Below, in pieces: positions 1 through 7,113 of a DNA stretch of 8,900 nucleotides. Location: IMG/VR virus record IMGVR_UViG_2703718832_000005; one strand, 5' to 3'. The position numbers and the translations under genes were made by a program. The DNA comes from a virus (taxonomy: Duplodnaviria > Heunggongvirae > Uroviricota > Caudoviricetes). The stretch's first letter is position 1. Each line of letters begins with the position of its first letter. Under the pieces are notes generated by a model that saw only the letters and a program-made list of their open reading frames with translations, did no database searches and had not been told where the DNA came from.

Positions 1-1248
1 ATGGCACTGAATATTCCATTCAGAAATGCGTACTATCGTTTTGCATCCAGTTACTCATTTCTCTTTTTTATTTCCTGGTCGCTGTGGTGGTCGTTATACG
101 CTATTTGGCTGAAAGGACATCTAGGGTTGACAGGGACGGAATTAGGTACACTTTATTCGGTCAACCAGTTTACCAGCATTCTATTTATGATGTTCTACGG
201 CATCGTTCAGGATAAACTCGGTCTGAAGAATCCGCTCATCTGGTGTATGAGTTTCATCCTGGTCTTGACCGGACCGTTTATGATTTACGTTTATGAACCG
301 TTACTGCAAAGCAATTTTTCTGTAGGTCTAATTCTGGGGGCGCTCTTTTTTGGCCTGGGGTATCTGGCGGGATGCGGTTTGCTTGACAGTTTCACCGAAA
401 AAATGGCGCGAAATTTTCATTTCGAATATGGAACAGCGCGCGCCTGGGGATCTTTTGGCTATGCTATTGGCGCGTTCTTTGCCGGCATATTTTTTAGTAT
501 CAGTCCCCATATCAACTTCTGGTTGGTCTCGCTATTTGGCGCTGTATTTATGATGATCAACATGTGTTTTAAAGATAAGGATCACCAGTGCGTAGCGGCG
601 GATGCGGGAGGGGTAAAAAAAGAGGATTTTATCGCAGTTTTCAAGGATCGAAACTTCTGGGTTTTCGTCATATTTATTGTGGGGACGTGGTCTTTCTATA
701 ACATTTTTGATCAACAACTTTTTCCTGTCTTTTATGCAGGTTTATTCGAATCACACGATGTAGGAACGCGCCTGTATGGTTATCTCAACTCATTCCAGGT
801 GGTACTCGAAGCGCTATGCATGGCGATTATTCCTTTCTTTGTGAATCGGGTAGGGCCAAAAAATACATTACTTATCGGTGTTGTGATTATGGCGTTGCGT
901 ATCCTTTCCTGCGCGCTGTTCGTTAACCCCTGGATTATTTCATTAGTGAAGCTGTTACATGCCATTGAGGTTCCACTTTGTGTCATATCCGTCTTCAAAT
1001 ACAGCGTGGCAAATTTTGATAAGCGCCTGTCGTCGACGATCTTTCTGATTGGTTTTCAAATTGCCAGTTCGCTTGGGATTGTGCTGCTTTCAACGCCGAC
1101 TGGGATACTCTTTGACCACGCAGGCTACCAGACAGTTTTCTTCGCAATTTCGGGTATTGTCTGCCTGATGTTGCTATTTGGCATTTTCTTCCTGAGTAAA
1201 AAACGCGAGCAAATAGTTATGGAAACGCCTGTACCTTCAGCAATATAG
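1..1248 (+). CDS. MFS oligosaccharide:H+ symporter, LacY/OHS family (host chromosomal gene)
   Basis: 415-aa ORF starting at window base 1 with many hydrophobic segments. Aligns by eye to LacY, including counterparts of E126/R144 (FTEK...GTARAWG), E269 (VVLEAL), R302 (MALRIL) and K319/H322/E325 (KLLHAIEVP). Substrate cannot be read from sequence. Confidence 0.85.
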   Translation: MALNIPFRNAYYRFASSYSFLFFISWSLWWSLYAIWLKGHLGLTGTELGTLYSVNQFTSILFMMFYGIVQDKLGLKNPLIWCMSFILVLTGPFMIYVYEPLLQSNFSVGLILGALFFGLGYLAGCGLLDSFTEKMARNFHFEYGTARAWGSFGYAIGAFFAGIFFSISPHINFWLVSLFGAVFMMINMCFKDKDHQCVAADAGGVKKEDFIAVFKDRNFWVFVIFIVGTWSFYNIFDQQLFPVFYAGLFESHDVGTRLYGYLNSFQVVLEALCMAIIPFFVNRVGPKNTLLIGVVIMALRILSCALFVNPWIISLVKLLHAIEVPLCVISVFKYSVANFDKRLSSTIFLIGFQIASSLGIVLLSTPTGILFDHAGYQTVFFAISGIVCLMLLFGIFFLSKKREQIVMETPVPSAI

Positions 1249-1775
1249 ACGTAAACTTTTCCGGTTGTTGTCGATATCTCCCTATCCCTCAACCGGAAAA
1301 TAATAATACTAAAGTGCTTAGCCCTGCTAATAATCACCTAATCTAAACGCCTCATTCATGTTCTGGTACAGTCGCTCAAATGTACTTCAGATGCGCGGTT
1401 CGCTGATTTCCAGGACATTGTCGTCATTCAGCGACCTGTCCCGTGTATCACGGTCCTGCGAATTCATCAAGGAATGCATTGCGGAGTGAAGTATCGAGTC
1501 ACGCCATATTTCGCTATCAGGATTCTGTGTGATGGTTACATCGCCCGGCCCAGGGCTGTTTAGTCATCAGCGCTTTCTGACAGTGCTGAGATTTCAACCT
1601 GTTGCAGTAAAAATGAGTAGATATAAGGCAAGTGTGCTGCCAAACCTATCTTTTACGGGGTGAAGGTAGATTTCGTTTGAAGGGTATCTGGTGTCCCCTG
1701 CAGACATCTACTTGAAGCGGCAGGGGGTTGATTGGAATGGTATTTTTAGATGTGAAAAATATTTTACCCGCTATT

Positions 1776-1976
1776 TTACCCATTAGCGCGGCTTAAGAGC
1801 TTATTTTTGAATTCACAATGGTCACGATATAACCATCTTGCTCGCCCGTGGATAACTTTGGCTTTTGGCAGGTCGCCGGACTTAATCCGGTCATAGATGA
1901 AGGTTTTACCGAAGCCAGTATCGGCCATGATGAATTTCAAATCAACCAGTGAATCAGGCTGTAGTTCGTGTTGCAT
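1776..1976 (-). CDS. Excisionase / AlpA-family small DNA-binding protein
   Basis: 66-aa ORF; the segment ...FIMADTGFGKTFIYDRIKSGDLPKAKVIHGRARWLYRDH... has the size and character of phage Xis/AlpA winged-helix proteins. It is the last gene of the - strand block, where lambdoid phages place xis. ATG at 1976-1974 with a modest SD (GGAG) upstream. Confidence 0.6.
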   Translation of the reverse strand: MQHELQPDSLVDLKFIMADTGFGKTFIYDRIKSGDLPKAKVIHGRARWLYRDHCEFKNKLLSRANG

Positions 1977-2018
1977 GAGTGCTATCTCCGAATAGGGAAT
2001 CGAACCTGCAAATCAGGC

Positions 2019-2043
2019 AATAAAAAACCGCCATCAGGCGGCT
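2019..2043 (-). terminator. Rho-independent terminator between the ea-region genes and xis
   Basis: On the - strand: AGCCGCC-UGAU-GGCGGUU (7-bp stem with one G.U, tetraloop) followed by UUUUAUU. Lies between the stop of the upstream CDS (2085) and the xis start (1976). Confidence 0.6.
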
Positions 2044-2084
2044 TGGTGTTCTTTCAGTTCTTCAAATAGAATATTGGTTACGTC

Positions 2085-3368
2085 TTATTCGATACGCACT
2101 CCTGGTATTTCGCCTTTTGATATTGCTAAGTCATAAATTTGCGCAGCACTATACCCATCTCGCATCCATGAATCTAAGGCGCGAATAGCCTCGCTACGCT
2201 TTTTATCTTCTCTTTCATTTTTGATATCAACGAGGACATCAACGCAATTAAGGCATATGTGGATTTTGTCCTTACATTCGATCATGGCGGCTTTTCCATG
2301 ATTTCCGCCACACAGTGAGCATAAATCTTCAGGGTCTGGCTGGTATTTCTGTAACGTNNNNNNNNNNNNNNNNNNNNNNNNNNNNNNNNNNNNNNNNNNN
2401 NNNNNNNNNNNNNNNNNNNNNNNNNNNNNNNNNNNNNNNNNNNNNNNNNNNNNNNNNNNNNNNNNNNNNNNNNNNNNNNNNNNNNNNNNNNNNNNNNNNN
2501 NNNNNNNNNNNNNNNNNNNNNNNNNNNNNNNNNNNNNNNNNNNNNNNNNNNNNNNNNNNNNNNNNNNNNNNNNNNNNNNNNNNNNNNNNNNNNNNNNNNN
2601 NNNNNNNNNNNNNNNNNNNNNNNNNNNNNNNNNNNNNNNNNNNNNNNNNNNNNNACCTGGATATAAACTCTTTGCCGGCCCCCAGTAGCCATCTGTATTA
2701 ACACGCATAACCTCACAGCCATCAAAACCATCAGTTACAAGAACGTATTCATAAGGCTCCGGCATCCTTTTGCTTACCGGAATCCAACCATCCGGAGTTA
2801 CCGGAGAGTTGCCAGCCTGAACAGTAGGCATATCCGGACCTTTGCGAATCGCCCTGGCAAGATCGATTTGGTCGTCGTACAACCAGTCACCTGTTTGCGG
2901 ATGATTGGCTTCTGCCAATTGTGCAGCCCACTCCAGGCCGTCTTTGTGTCCTTGCAGATAGTCCAGCGGTAACTCATCACTATTACTTACAGGTTCGGCC
3001 TGAAGCATGGCGGCGCGATAGGCGTTCCAGCCGACAGCTTTTCCGTGTTCAAACGCGCTGTCAAAGTCATCATCAATTTCCATCGCAGCGGGCACAGATA
3101 CCGGCGCTGGCGGGGCGGTGTAGAGCGGCATTACCTCAATATTGAAGATATCCCCCTCGCTTGGACACGCCTCTGCGCTACCGTAAACCCAAGGGTGAAC
3201 GACTCCGTTACGCTTGTTGATTAATCTGTGCGCCCACGCCACAGGCTCCGCTTCGAGCGATGCCAGCGCGATACGCGCCAGCGCCGAAGCCTCACCGCAT
3301 TGAACGTGGTCAGTTTCGATAATTTGCTGTAACTGCTCTTTGGTGAATTCTTTGGTAATAGGGCTCAT
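2085..3368 (-). CDS. Phage ea-region protein, tentatively DUF551-like, with a CxxC...CxxC cluster in the C-terminal part; interrupted by an N-run
   Basis: Frame is open from the ATG at 3368 (SD GGGAGGA 7 nt upstream) to the N-run, and again from the N-run to the stop at 2085. The segment PEPYEYVLVTDGFDGCEVMRVNTDGYWG resembles DUF551 proteins of enterobacterial prophages (from memory). The C-terminal piece carries CSLCGG...HICLNC. Frame continuity across the 297 Ns cannot be verified. Confidence 0.5.
   Translation of the reverse strand: MSPITKEFTKEQLQQIIETDHVQCGEASALARIALASLEAEPVAWAHRLINKRNGVVHPWVYGSAEACPSEGDIFNIEVMPLYTAPPAPVSVPAAMEIDDDFDSAFEHGKAVGWNAYRAAMLQAEPVSNSDELPLDYLQGHKDGLEWAAQLAEANHPQTGDWLYDDQIDLARAIRKGPDMPTVQAGNSPVTPDGWIPVSKRMPEPYEYVLVTDGFDGCEVMRVNTDGYWGPAKSLYPGXXXXXXXXXXXXXXXXXXXXXXXXXXXXXXXXXXXXXXXXXXXXXXXXXXXXXXXXXXXXXXXXXXXXXXXXXXXXXXXXXXXXXXXXXXXXXXXXXXXTLQKYQPDPEDLCSLCGGNHGKAAMIECKDKIHICLNCVDVLVDIKNEREDKKRSEAIRALDSWMRDGYSAAQIYDLAISKGEIPGVRIE
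2358..2654. other. Run of 297 N (unresolved or masked sequence)
   Basis: Literal n characters in the sequence. Length is a multiple of 3, so the ORF track reads through as 99 X residues, but the true content is unknown. Confidence 0.99.
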
Positions 3369-3371
3369 GGG

Positions 3372-3590
3372 TTAGTCCTCCCTGTACGGATTTAATTTGT
3401 TGTGCAGTTTGTTAAATGGCCCCCATACGATGGAGCTATACCACTCAGCTATCTTTTCTGCCTGTTCTCCTGCTAACCAGATGAGGACTATCGGTGATAT
3501 TGGAGCCATTAAAATAAGAAAGAGAAGGAAAAATAGAGCCTCTTTAACCCGACTTTGACGTGGATAATTCTTCCGGAATATTTTTGTCAC
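3372..3590 (-). CDS. Small membrane protein (72 aa, one predicted TM helix), function unknown
   Basis: GTG start at 3590-3588 preceded by a strong SD (AAGGGGGAG). Hydrophobic core ALFFLLFLILMAPISPIVLIWLAG flanked by basic residues. The stop lies 3 nt before the next gene's start. Confidence 0.5.
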   Translation of the reverse strand: MTKIFRKNYPRQSRVKEALFFLLFLILMAPISPIVLIWLAGEQAEKIAEWYSSIVWGPFNKLHNKLNPYRED

Positions 3591-3591
3591 C

Positions 3592-4137
3592 TCACTCCCC
3601 CTTCACGCCAATGCCAGCGTCGCGGTCTAAACGCTCAATTTCCGCCAAAATAAGTGCCCCTGCTTTTACCAGGTTGCGACGACGGGTTTTAGGTTTCCAC
3701 CAGGACGCATCCCACGGCCATCCCCACGGCTTGCCACCATTGCGGTTTACTGTTCCGGTTTCGTTGATGTAGCAAACCGCCGCCATTGCCAGTTCGCCGT
3801 TGCAGTGCTCGTCGTCATGCTCTGGCGTCCATCCCTCAATGGTTTTCTGCCGCTGGCGTTCTGCTACCACATCAAGAATTGCGGGATTGAATGCGCCCCC
3901 CTCCAGTTCTGCTATGCGCTTCTCTGCGGATTCCAACTCATCCAGCAGCGCCAGCACGGTAGTGGGGTTTGCTGCGGAGTTCAGCGCGTTCAAGGCAGTG
4001 ATATCTGCATCAAGCTGAGTTCCTTCTGCCAGTGAGATATCGAAAATGTCATCAGGCGGCATAACACTAAGGCGCTCATGTGCGCCAACTGCTGCCGCTG
4101 CGATTTCACGCAGCGCCTGTTTGTCGATGTTGCTCAT
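3592..4137 (-). CDS. Ea22-like protein with a DUF550-like (dATP/dGTP diphosphohydrolase N-domain-like) C-terminal region
   Basis: 181 aa. The N-terminus MSNIDKQALREIAAAA...VLALLDELE is Ea22-like and paralogous to the N-terminus of the 4403-5047 gene. The C-terminal part WTPEHDDEHCNGELAMAAVCY...WPWDASWWKP resembles DUF550 (from memory). ATGA overlap with the upstream gene at 4134-4137. Confidence 0.65.
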   Translation of the reverse strand: MSNIDKQALREIAAAAVGAHERLSVMPPDDIFDISLAEGTQLDADITALNALNSAANPTTVLALLDELESAEKRIAELEGGAFNPAILDVVAERQRQKTIEGWTPEHDDEHCNGELAMAAVCYINETGTVNRNGGKPWGWPWDASWWKPKTRRRNLVKAGALILAEIERLDRDAGIGVKGE

Positions 4138-4406
4138 TGGGCGGTTCCTTCGTAACCGATGGCTTCTGCAATTTCAGCAAGTGTCTCTGCACTTTCACCC
4201 ACTGGCTCATTCATCCAGTCGAAGGAAACAAGCTTACCGCCTTCGATAACGCCGATGTTGAAATCATCACTACCTTGTGTTTTCAGACCATGCTTGATTG
4301 CCTTATCGCGCTTATCGAAGTCAACGCCGTCTGTCGTGTATTCAACTCCATGGCCTTTCTCGTTGCACCACCAGTACTGCTGAATAACGATGTATGATTT
4401 GCTCAT
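4134..4406 (-). CDS. Hypothetical phage protein (90 aa)
   Basis: ATG at 4406-4404 with SD AAGGAG 7 nt upstream. ATGA overlaps with both neighbours (4403-4406 and 4134-4137). Acidic C-terminus. Confidence 0.6.
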   Translation of the reverse strand: MSKSYIVIQQYWWCNEKGHGVEYTTDGVDFDKRDKAIKHGLKTQGSDDFNIGVIEGGKLVSFDWMNEPVGESAETLAEIAEAIGYEGTAQ

Positions 4407-5047
4407 GACTGCACTCCTTTGCGAATTTGCTCCCTGAACAAGCGGGCTGAGACGATGATGTCTCTGATGCGTACTGATTTTTCGTCGAACTGCTCACCAC
4501 CGTTTTTAATATGCGCATCCAGTTCTGCACTGTGATGCTGGATGAAAGCGTTGAGGCACTGCGCCCGTACTTCAGCCAGAAAAGCATCGGTGGCTGGGGT
4601 TTTGTTATCTGACTCCAGCCACTGGTTGTAGTAATAATCGAACATGCCAGTAGGATAACCACATCCGCTGTGCACGTGGTCTTTCATAGCAGAACCACAC
4701 ATGCAGTAGTCATTGTCAGTATTACTAATGATGTCGATAAGTTGCTGTGTCCGTTGCTTCAACATCGCATTCTCCGCCGCCAGCGCCGAAAACTTCTCGT
4801 GTGCCAACTTAACAGCTGCATCAGCCTGCTTAATTGACTCAGTCGCTTTCTGGTGGTCTTCAGCCAGCCCTGCTAAATCAGCCTCCAGTTCGGCTAGGCG
4901 TTCATTTAATGCATCTCGTTCATCCAGTAGAGCCAGCACAACCTGAGGTGTGACTTTCATACGAAATGCCAGCAATTTTTGAGGTGTTGCTACTGTTTCA
5001 ATTGCTACTGCTGCCTCACGCAGTACCTGATAGTCAATCTTGCTCAC
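4403..5047 (-). CDS. Ea22-like protein with a Cys/His-rich C-terminal domain
   Basis: The track ORF starts at a GTG at 5068, but the GTG at 5047-5045 has a strong SD (AAGGAGG) 7 nt upstream and yields [13 protein letters not shown]..., which matches the Ea22-like N-terminus of the paralog. Coiled-coil middle, then [24 protein letters not shown] overlap with the upstream ORF. Confidence 0.65.
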   Translation of the reverse strand: MSKIDYQVLREAAVAIETVATPQKLLAFRMKVTPQVVLALLDERDALNERLAELEADLAGLAEDHQKATESIKQADAAVKLAHEKFSALAAENAMLKQRTQQLIDIISNTDNDYCMCGSAMKDHVHSGCGYPTGMFDYYYNQWLESDNKTPATDAFLAEVRAQCLNAFIQHHSAELDAHIKNGGEQFDEKSVRIRDIIVSARLFREQIRKGVQS

Positions 5048-5229
5048 TGGTTGCCTCCTTTGCGCCACATCGCATTCAGATATTTGTTGTCATTAACAGA
5101 ACCGAAACTCTTTCTCTTAAGCAATTCCTCTCTCGATGGCATTGGCTTTACGCGTTGGCGAATAATCATTTCTGCCGGAAGAATGCCGGGATTGTATGCA
5201 AGTCCTCTCATGGTAAATTCCTCAGTCAT
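5044..5229 (-). CDS. Hypothetical small phage protein (61 aa)
   Basis: Likely the short form ([15 protein letters not shown]...) of track ORF 5044..5364. Its ATG at 5229-5227 sits 5 nt upstream of the stop of the 5222..5518 ORF (ATGACTGA); the longer N-terminal extension is S/T/H-rich and overlaps that ORF. No strong SD, so start is uncertain. Confidence 0.4.
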   Translation of the reverse strand: MTEEFTMRGLAYNPGILPAEMIIRQRVKPMPSREELLKRKSFGSVNDNKYLNAMWRKGGNQ

Positions 5230-5518
5230 TACTGATAGCGCCATAGCGTGAGCGGTAATTACGCAGGCGCGGGTCGATATATTCAGGGAAGTGGGTATAT
5301 GTGGCTTTGCGGAATGGTCGGATTGATGTCTGGTAAATTCGCTCGCGTTCTTCTTTCTCTGCAAGCCATATACAATGGCGAAATTCCTTTTCCTCTTTCG
5401 TTTCCTGCGGTAGCGACATTATCAGGTCGTAGTTTTTTCTGAATTTATCCAGCACCTCCGATACGGAATTGCCGGAACAGCGGCGCGGGTCATCCGCACC
5501 ATACAGAGGCGCTGGCAT
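5222..5518 (-). CDS. Hypothetical phage protein (98 aa)
   Basis: ATG at 5518 with a weak SD (AAGG). Protein-like mixed charged composition. Lies 23 nt downstream of the SSB-like gene stop. Confidence 0.5.
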   Translation of the reverse strand: MPAPLYGADDPRRCSGNSVSEVLDKFRKNYDLIMSLPQETKEEKEFRHCIWLAEKEERERIYQTSIRPFRKATYTHFPEYIDPRLRNYRSRYGAISND

Positions 5519-5541
5519 AATGGGAGCCTTATTTTCAGTAA

Positions 5542-6129
5542 TCAGAAAGGAGGGTAATCGTTCTGGCTGTAACCATAATCATCTGCATGATTCTGGCTTA
5601 CGTTTTTAGAGCGATTGTCTTTATCTTTGAGATTGGCAACCATGTTGGCGATAGTTTCTGGTTGCTTGCCTTCTGCCTTTTCTTTAAGGGTTTGACCTGT
5701 TTGTGCAATAAACGGGATGCGTATTTCCATCTGGTAGCTGTCTGCGCCAGTCTTTTTGTTTGTGGTTAATACTTTCTGAAGCACTAACCCGATTTTCTTT
5801 CCATGAAATTCAGGTGCAACAAATTTACTGGCGGAAACCATATGCTGCGTTAATTGTCCAATCCCGGCACACCCCATCATGGCGTGAACGACATTTGCGC
5901 CAAATTTGTTTTCCGTTCCGTCATTTTTCTGAACACAGACGCTAAGATATTGGATTTTACGTCCGTCGTCGGATTCGCCAGAAAACTCAATAAATTTGGC
6001 TCCTTTTTCTGATTGCTTTAGTTCTGCTTCAGTAATGGTAATGATATGAGCGCCAGTTTCGTTAATAAAACCACCTTGCCCTGCGGTCAGTGCTGCTTCT
6101 TCGTTATAAGTAAAAATCACGTTGCTCAT
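5542..6129 (-). CDS. Phage single-strand DNA-binding-like protein (Sak4-associated), with an SSB-type C-terminal tip
   Basis: 195 aa, ATGA-coupled to the upstream ATPase gene (6126-6129). The C-terminus ...DDYGYSQNDYPPF resembles the acidic/aromatic tip of bacterial and phage SSBs (E. coli SSB ends DDDIPF). OB-fold not verified. Confidence 0.5.
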   Translation of the reverse strand: MSNVIFTYNEEAALTAGQGGFINETGAHIITITEAELKQSEKGAKFIEFSGESDDGRKIQYLSVCVQKNDGTENKFGANVVHAMMGCAGIGQLTQHMVSASKFVAPEFHGKKIGLVLQKVLTTNKKTGADSYQMEIRIPFIAQTGQTLKEKAEGKQPETIANMVANLKDKDNRSKNVSQNHADDYGYSQNDYPPF

Positions 6130-6806
6130 GCGGCGTTTTCCTTAATTTGATGAACATTATTGATGCCGTAGTAATCACAAACAGTGGCATCGACGAAAGA
6201 GAGATCGTTATCAATCTCATTGGAATCAAACATTCCCATTGGGGATTTAACAGTGTCTGCACCGTTGTTTTTCGTGGTGAAAAAGAACTGGTCATCGCGG
6301 GTAAGAGTGCGAAGAACTATAGTAAACATGCCTTCGACAGTGATTTTCTCGTCCAGCATTTTGCCGATAGTTTTCATTTTCACGCGCCCCATAGGGGTTT
6401 CTTCGGTGTGCGCAAGAAAATAGACTCTCAGGTCATCAGGTGCATCCTGTGCAGCCTTAATCACCTCCCATGCGTGGCGGCCTATCTCAGTAAATTTATC
6501 AAACGATTTTTCTTCTGAGCGGCGCATAAACTCATTGCTCATCACATACTGGAAGTCATCAACAATAACGATTCTTTTCCCGTATTCGTGAGCACGCTTA
6601 ATTACGGCAACTATTACGTCCCATTTGTCAGTGGTAACTACGGTTCCTTTTTTTGCTCTGGCATCCCATGCCAGCCATTCTTTTGATTTAAATGGTAGCG
6701 GCTTGCCTATTGGTTTTATAAGTATTGCTTCCTCTGGATTGATATTTCTCATGCTGGTTGATTTTCCGGTGCCAGACTCACCGAGTATTAATGTCGCAGT
6801 TCCCAT
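6126..6806 (-). CDS. Sak4-like RecA-fold ATPase (AAA_24-type phage single-strand annealing/recombination protein)
   Basis: 226 aa. Walker A GESGTGKST near the N-terminus, Walker B RIVIVDD, no ABC signature LSGGQ. Size and position (after kil, before an SSB-like gene) match phage Sak4 core-only RecA homologs. SD GAGGTG upstream of the ATG at 6806. Confidence 0.6.
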   Translation of the reverse strand: MGTATLILGESGTGKSTSMRNINPEEAILIKPIGKPLPFKSKEWLAWDARAKKGTVVTTDKWDVIVAVIKRAHEYGKRIVIVDDFQYVMSNEFMRRSEEKSFDKFTEIGRHAWEVIKAAQDAPDDLRVYFLAHTEETPMGRVKMKTIGKMLDEKITVEGMFTIVLRTLTRDDQFFFTTKNNGADTVKSPMGMFDSNEIDNDLSFVDATVCDYYGINNVHQIKENAA

Positions 6807-6814
6807 AATTCACC

Positions 6815-7003
6815 TCAGAATGGTAATTCGGATGGGGAGGAAAGAAATTCGCGCTCATTCATGCGCTCTCTTTGTGCTTGCCATAAACAAAGTTGTTTCT
6901 TTGATTTATCTCCCGCTTTACGCCAGTAACGAGCCTCAGCAATGTGATATTCTCTTTTTAATCGACTTAACTCTGGAGTTTTCGCCAGCTCTACCGGAAT
7001 CAT
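6815..7003 (-). CDS. Hypothetical small basic protein (62 aa)
   Basis: ATG at 7003-7001 with strong SD (GGAGG, 5-nt spacer), ATGA-coupled to the kil stop. Lys/Arg-rich sequence MIPVELAKTPELSRLKREYHIAEARYWRKAGDKSKKQ... Confidence 0.5.
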   Translation of the reverse strand: MIPVELAKTPELSRLKREYHIAEARYWRKAGDKSKKQLCLWQAQRERMNEREFLSSPSELPF

Positions 7004-7113
7004 TTAGACCTCCATTTTCTGTAGGCTTCGACGGCCTCACCAAACATCTTTTCATCGCCAATAAAAGTGGCGATAGTGAATTTAGTCTGAATAGCCATAA
7101 GTGTTTTATCCAT
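7000..7113 (-). CDS. kil: Kil-like host cell-division (FtsZ) inhibitor
   Basis: 37-aa product MDKTLMAIQTKFTIATFIGDEKMFGEAVEAYRKWRSK matches my recollection of lambda Kil (MDQTLMAIQTKFTIATFIGDEKMF...). ATG at 7113 with SD AGGAG lying inside the cIII coding sequence. The track's 67-aa version (7000..7203) is an N-terminal extension overlapping cIII in another frame. Confidence 0.65.
   Translation of the reverse strand: MDKTLMAIQTKFTIATFIGDEKMFGEAVEAYRKWRSK

Noticed and set aside
1261-1297. Hairpin after the permease stop as its terminator
   Set aside because: The loop is about 23 nt and no U-tract follows on the + strand; not a canonical intrinsic terminator, though it may still form in RNA.
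328-1337. Small ORFs on both strands inside or overlapping the permease gene (328..510, 350..553, 532..717, 780..998, 1125..1337)
   Set aside because: They are embedded in a well-supported 415-aa transporter ORF; spurious.
1996-2006. tRNA T-loop-like motif (GGTTCGATTCC on the - strand) suggesting a tRNA-derived att site
   Set aside because: Flanking bases do not form a T-stem and no acceptor/anticodon arms or CCA context are present; likely chance.
2282-2731. ORFs 2282..2731 (-) and 2315..2701 (+)
   Set aside because: They exist only by reading through the N-run as X codons.
5044-5364. 106-aa track ORF
   Set aside because: The N-terminal part overlaps the 98-aa ORF in another frame and is compositionally non-protein-like; the short form from the ATG at 5229 is preferred.
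3560-5442. Assorted plus-strand ORFs (for example 3800..4018, 4080..4397, 4713..4946, 4979..5251)
   Set aside because: All are antisense to coupled - strand genes with good starts, with S/A/C-rich compositions typical of antisense frames.
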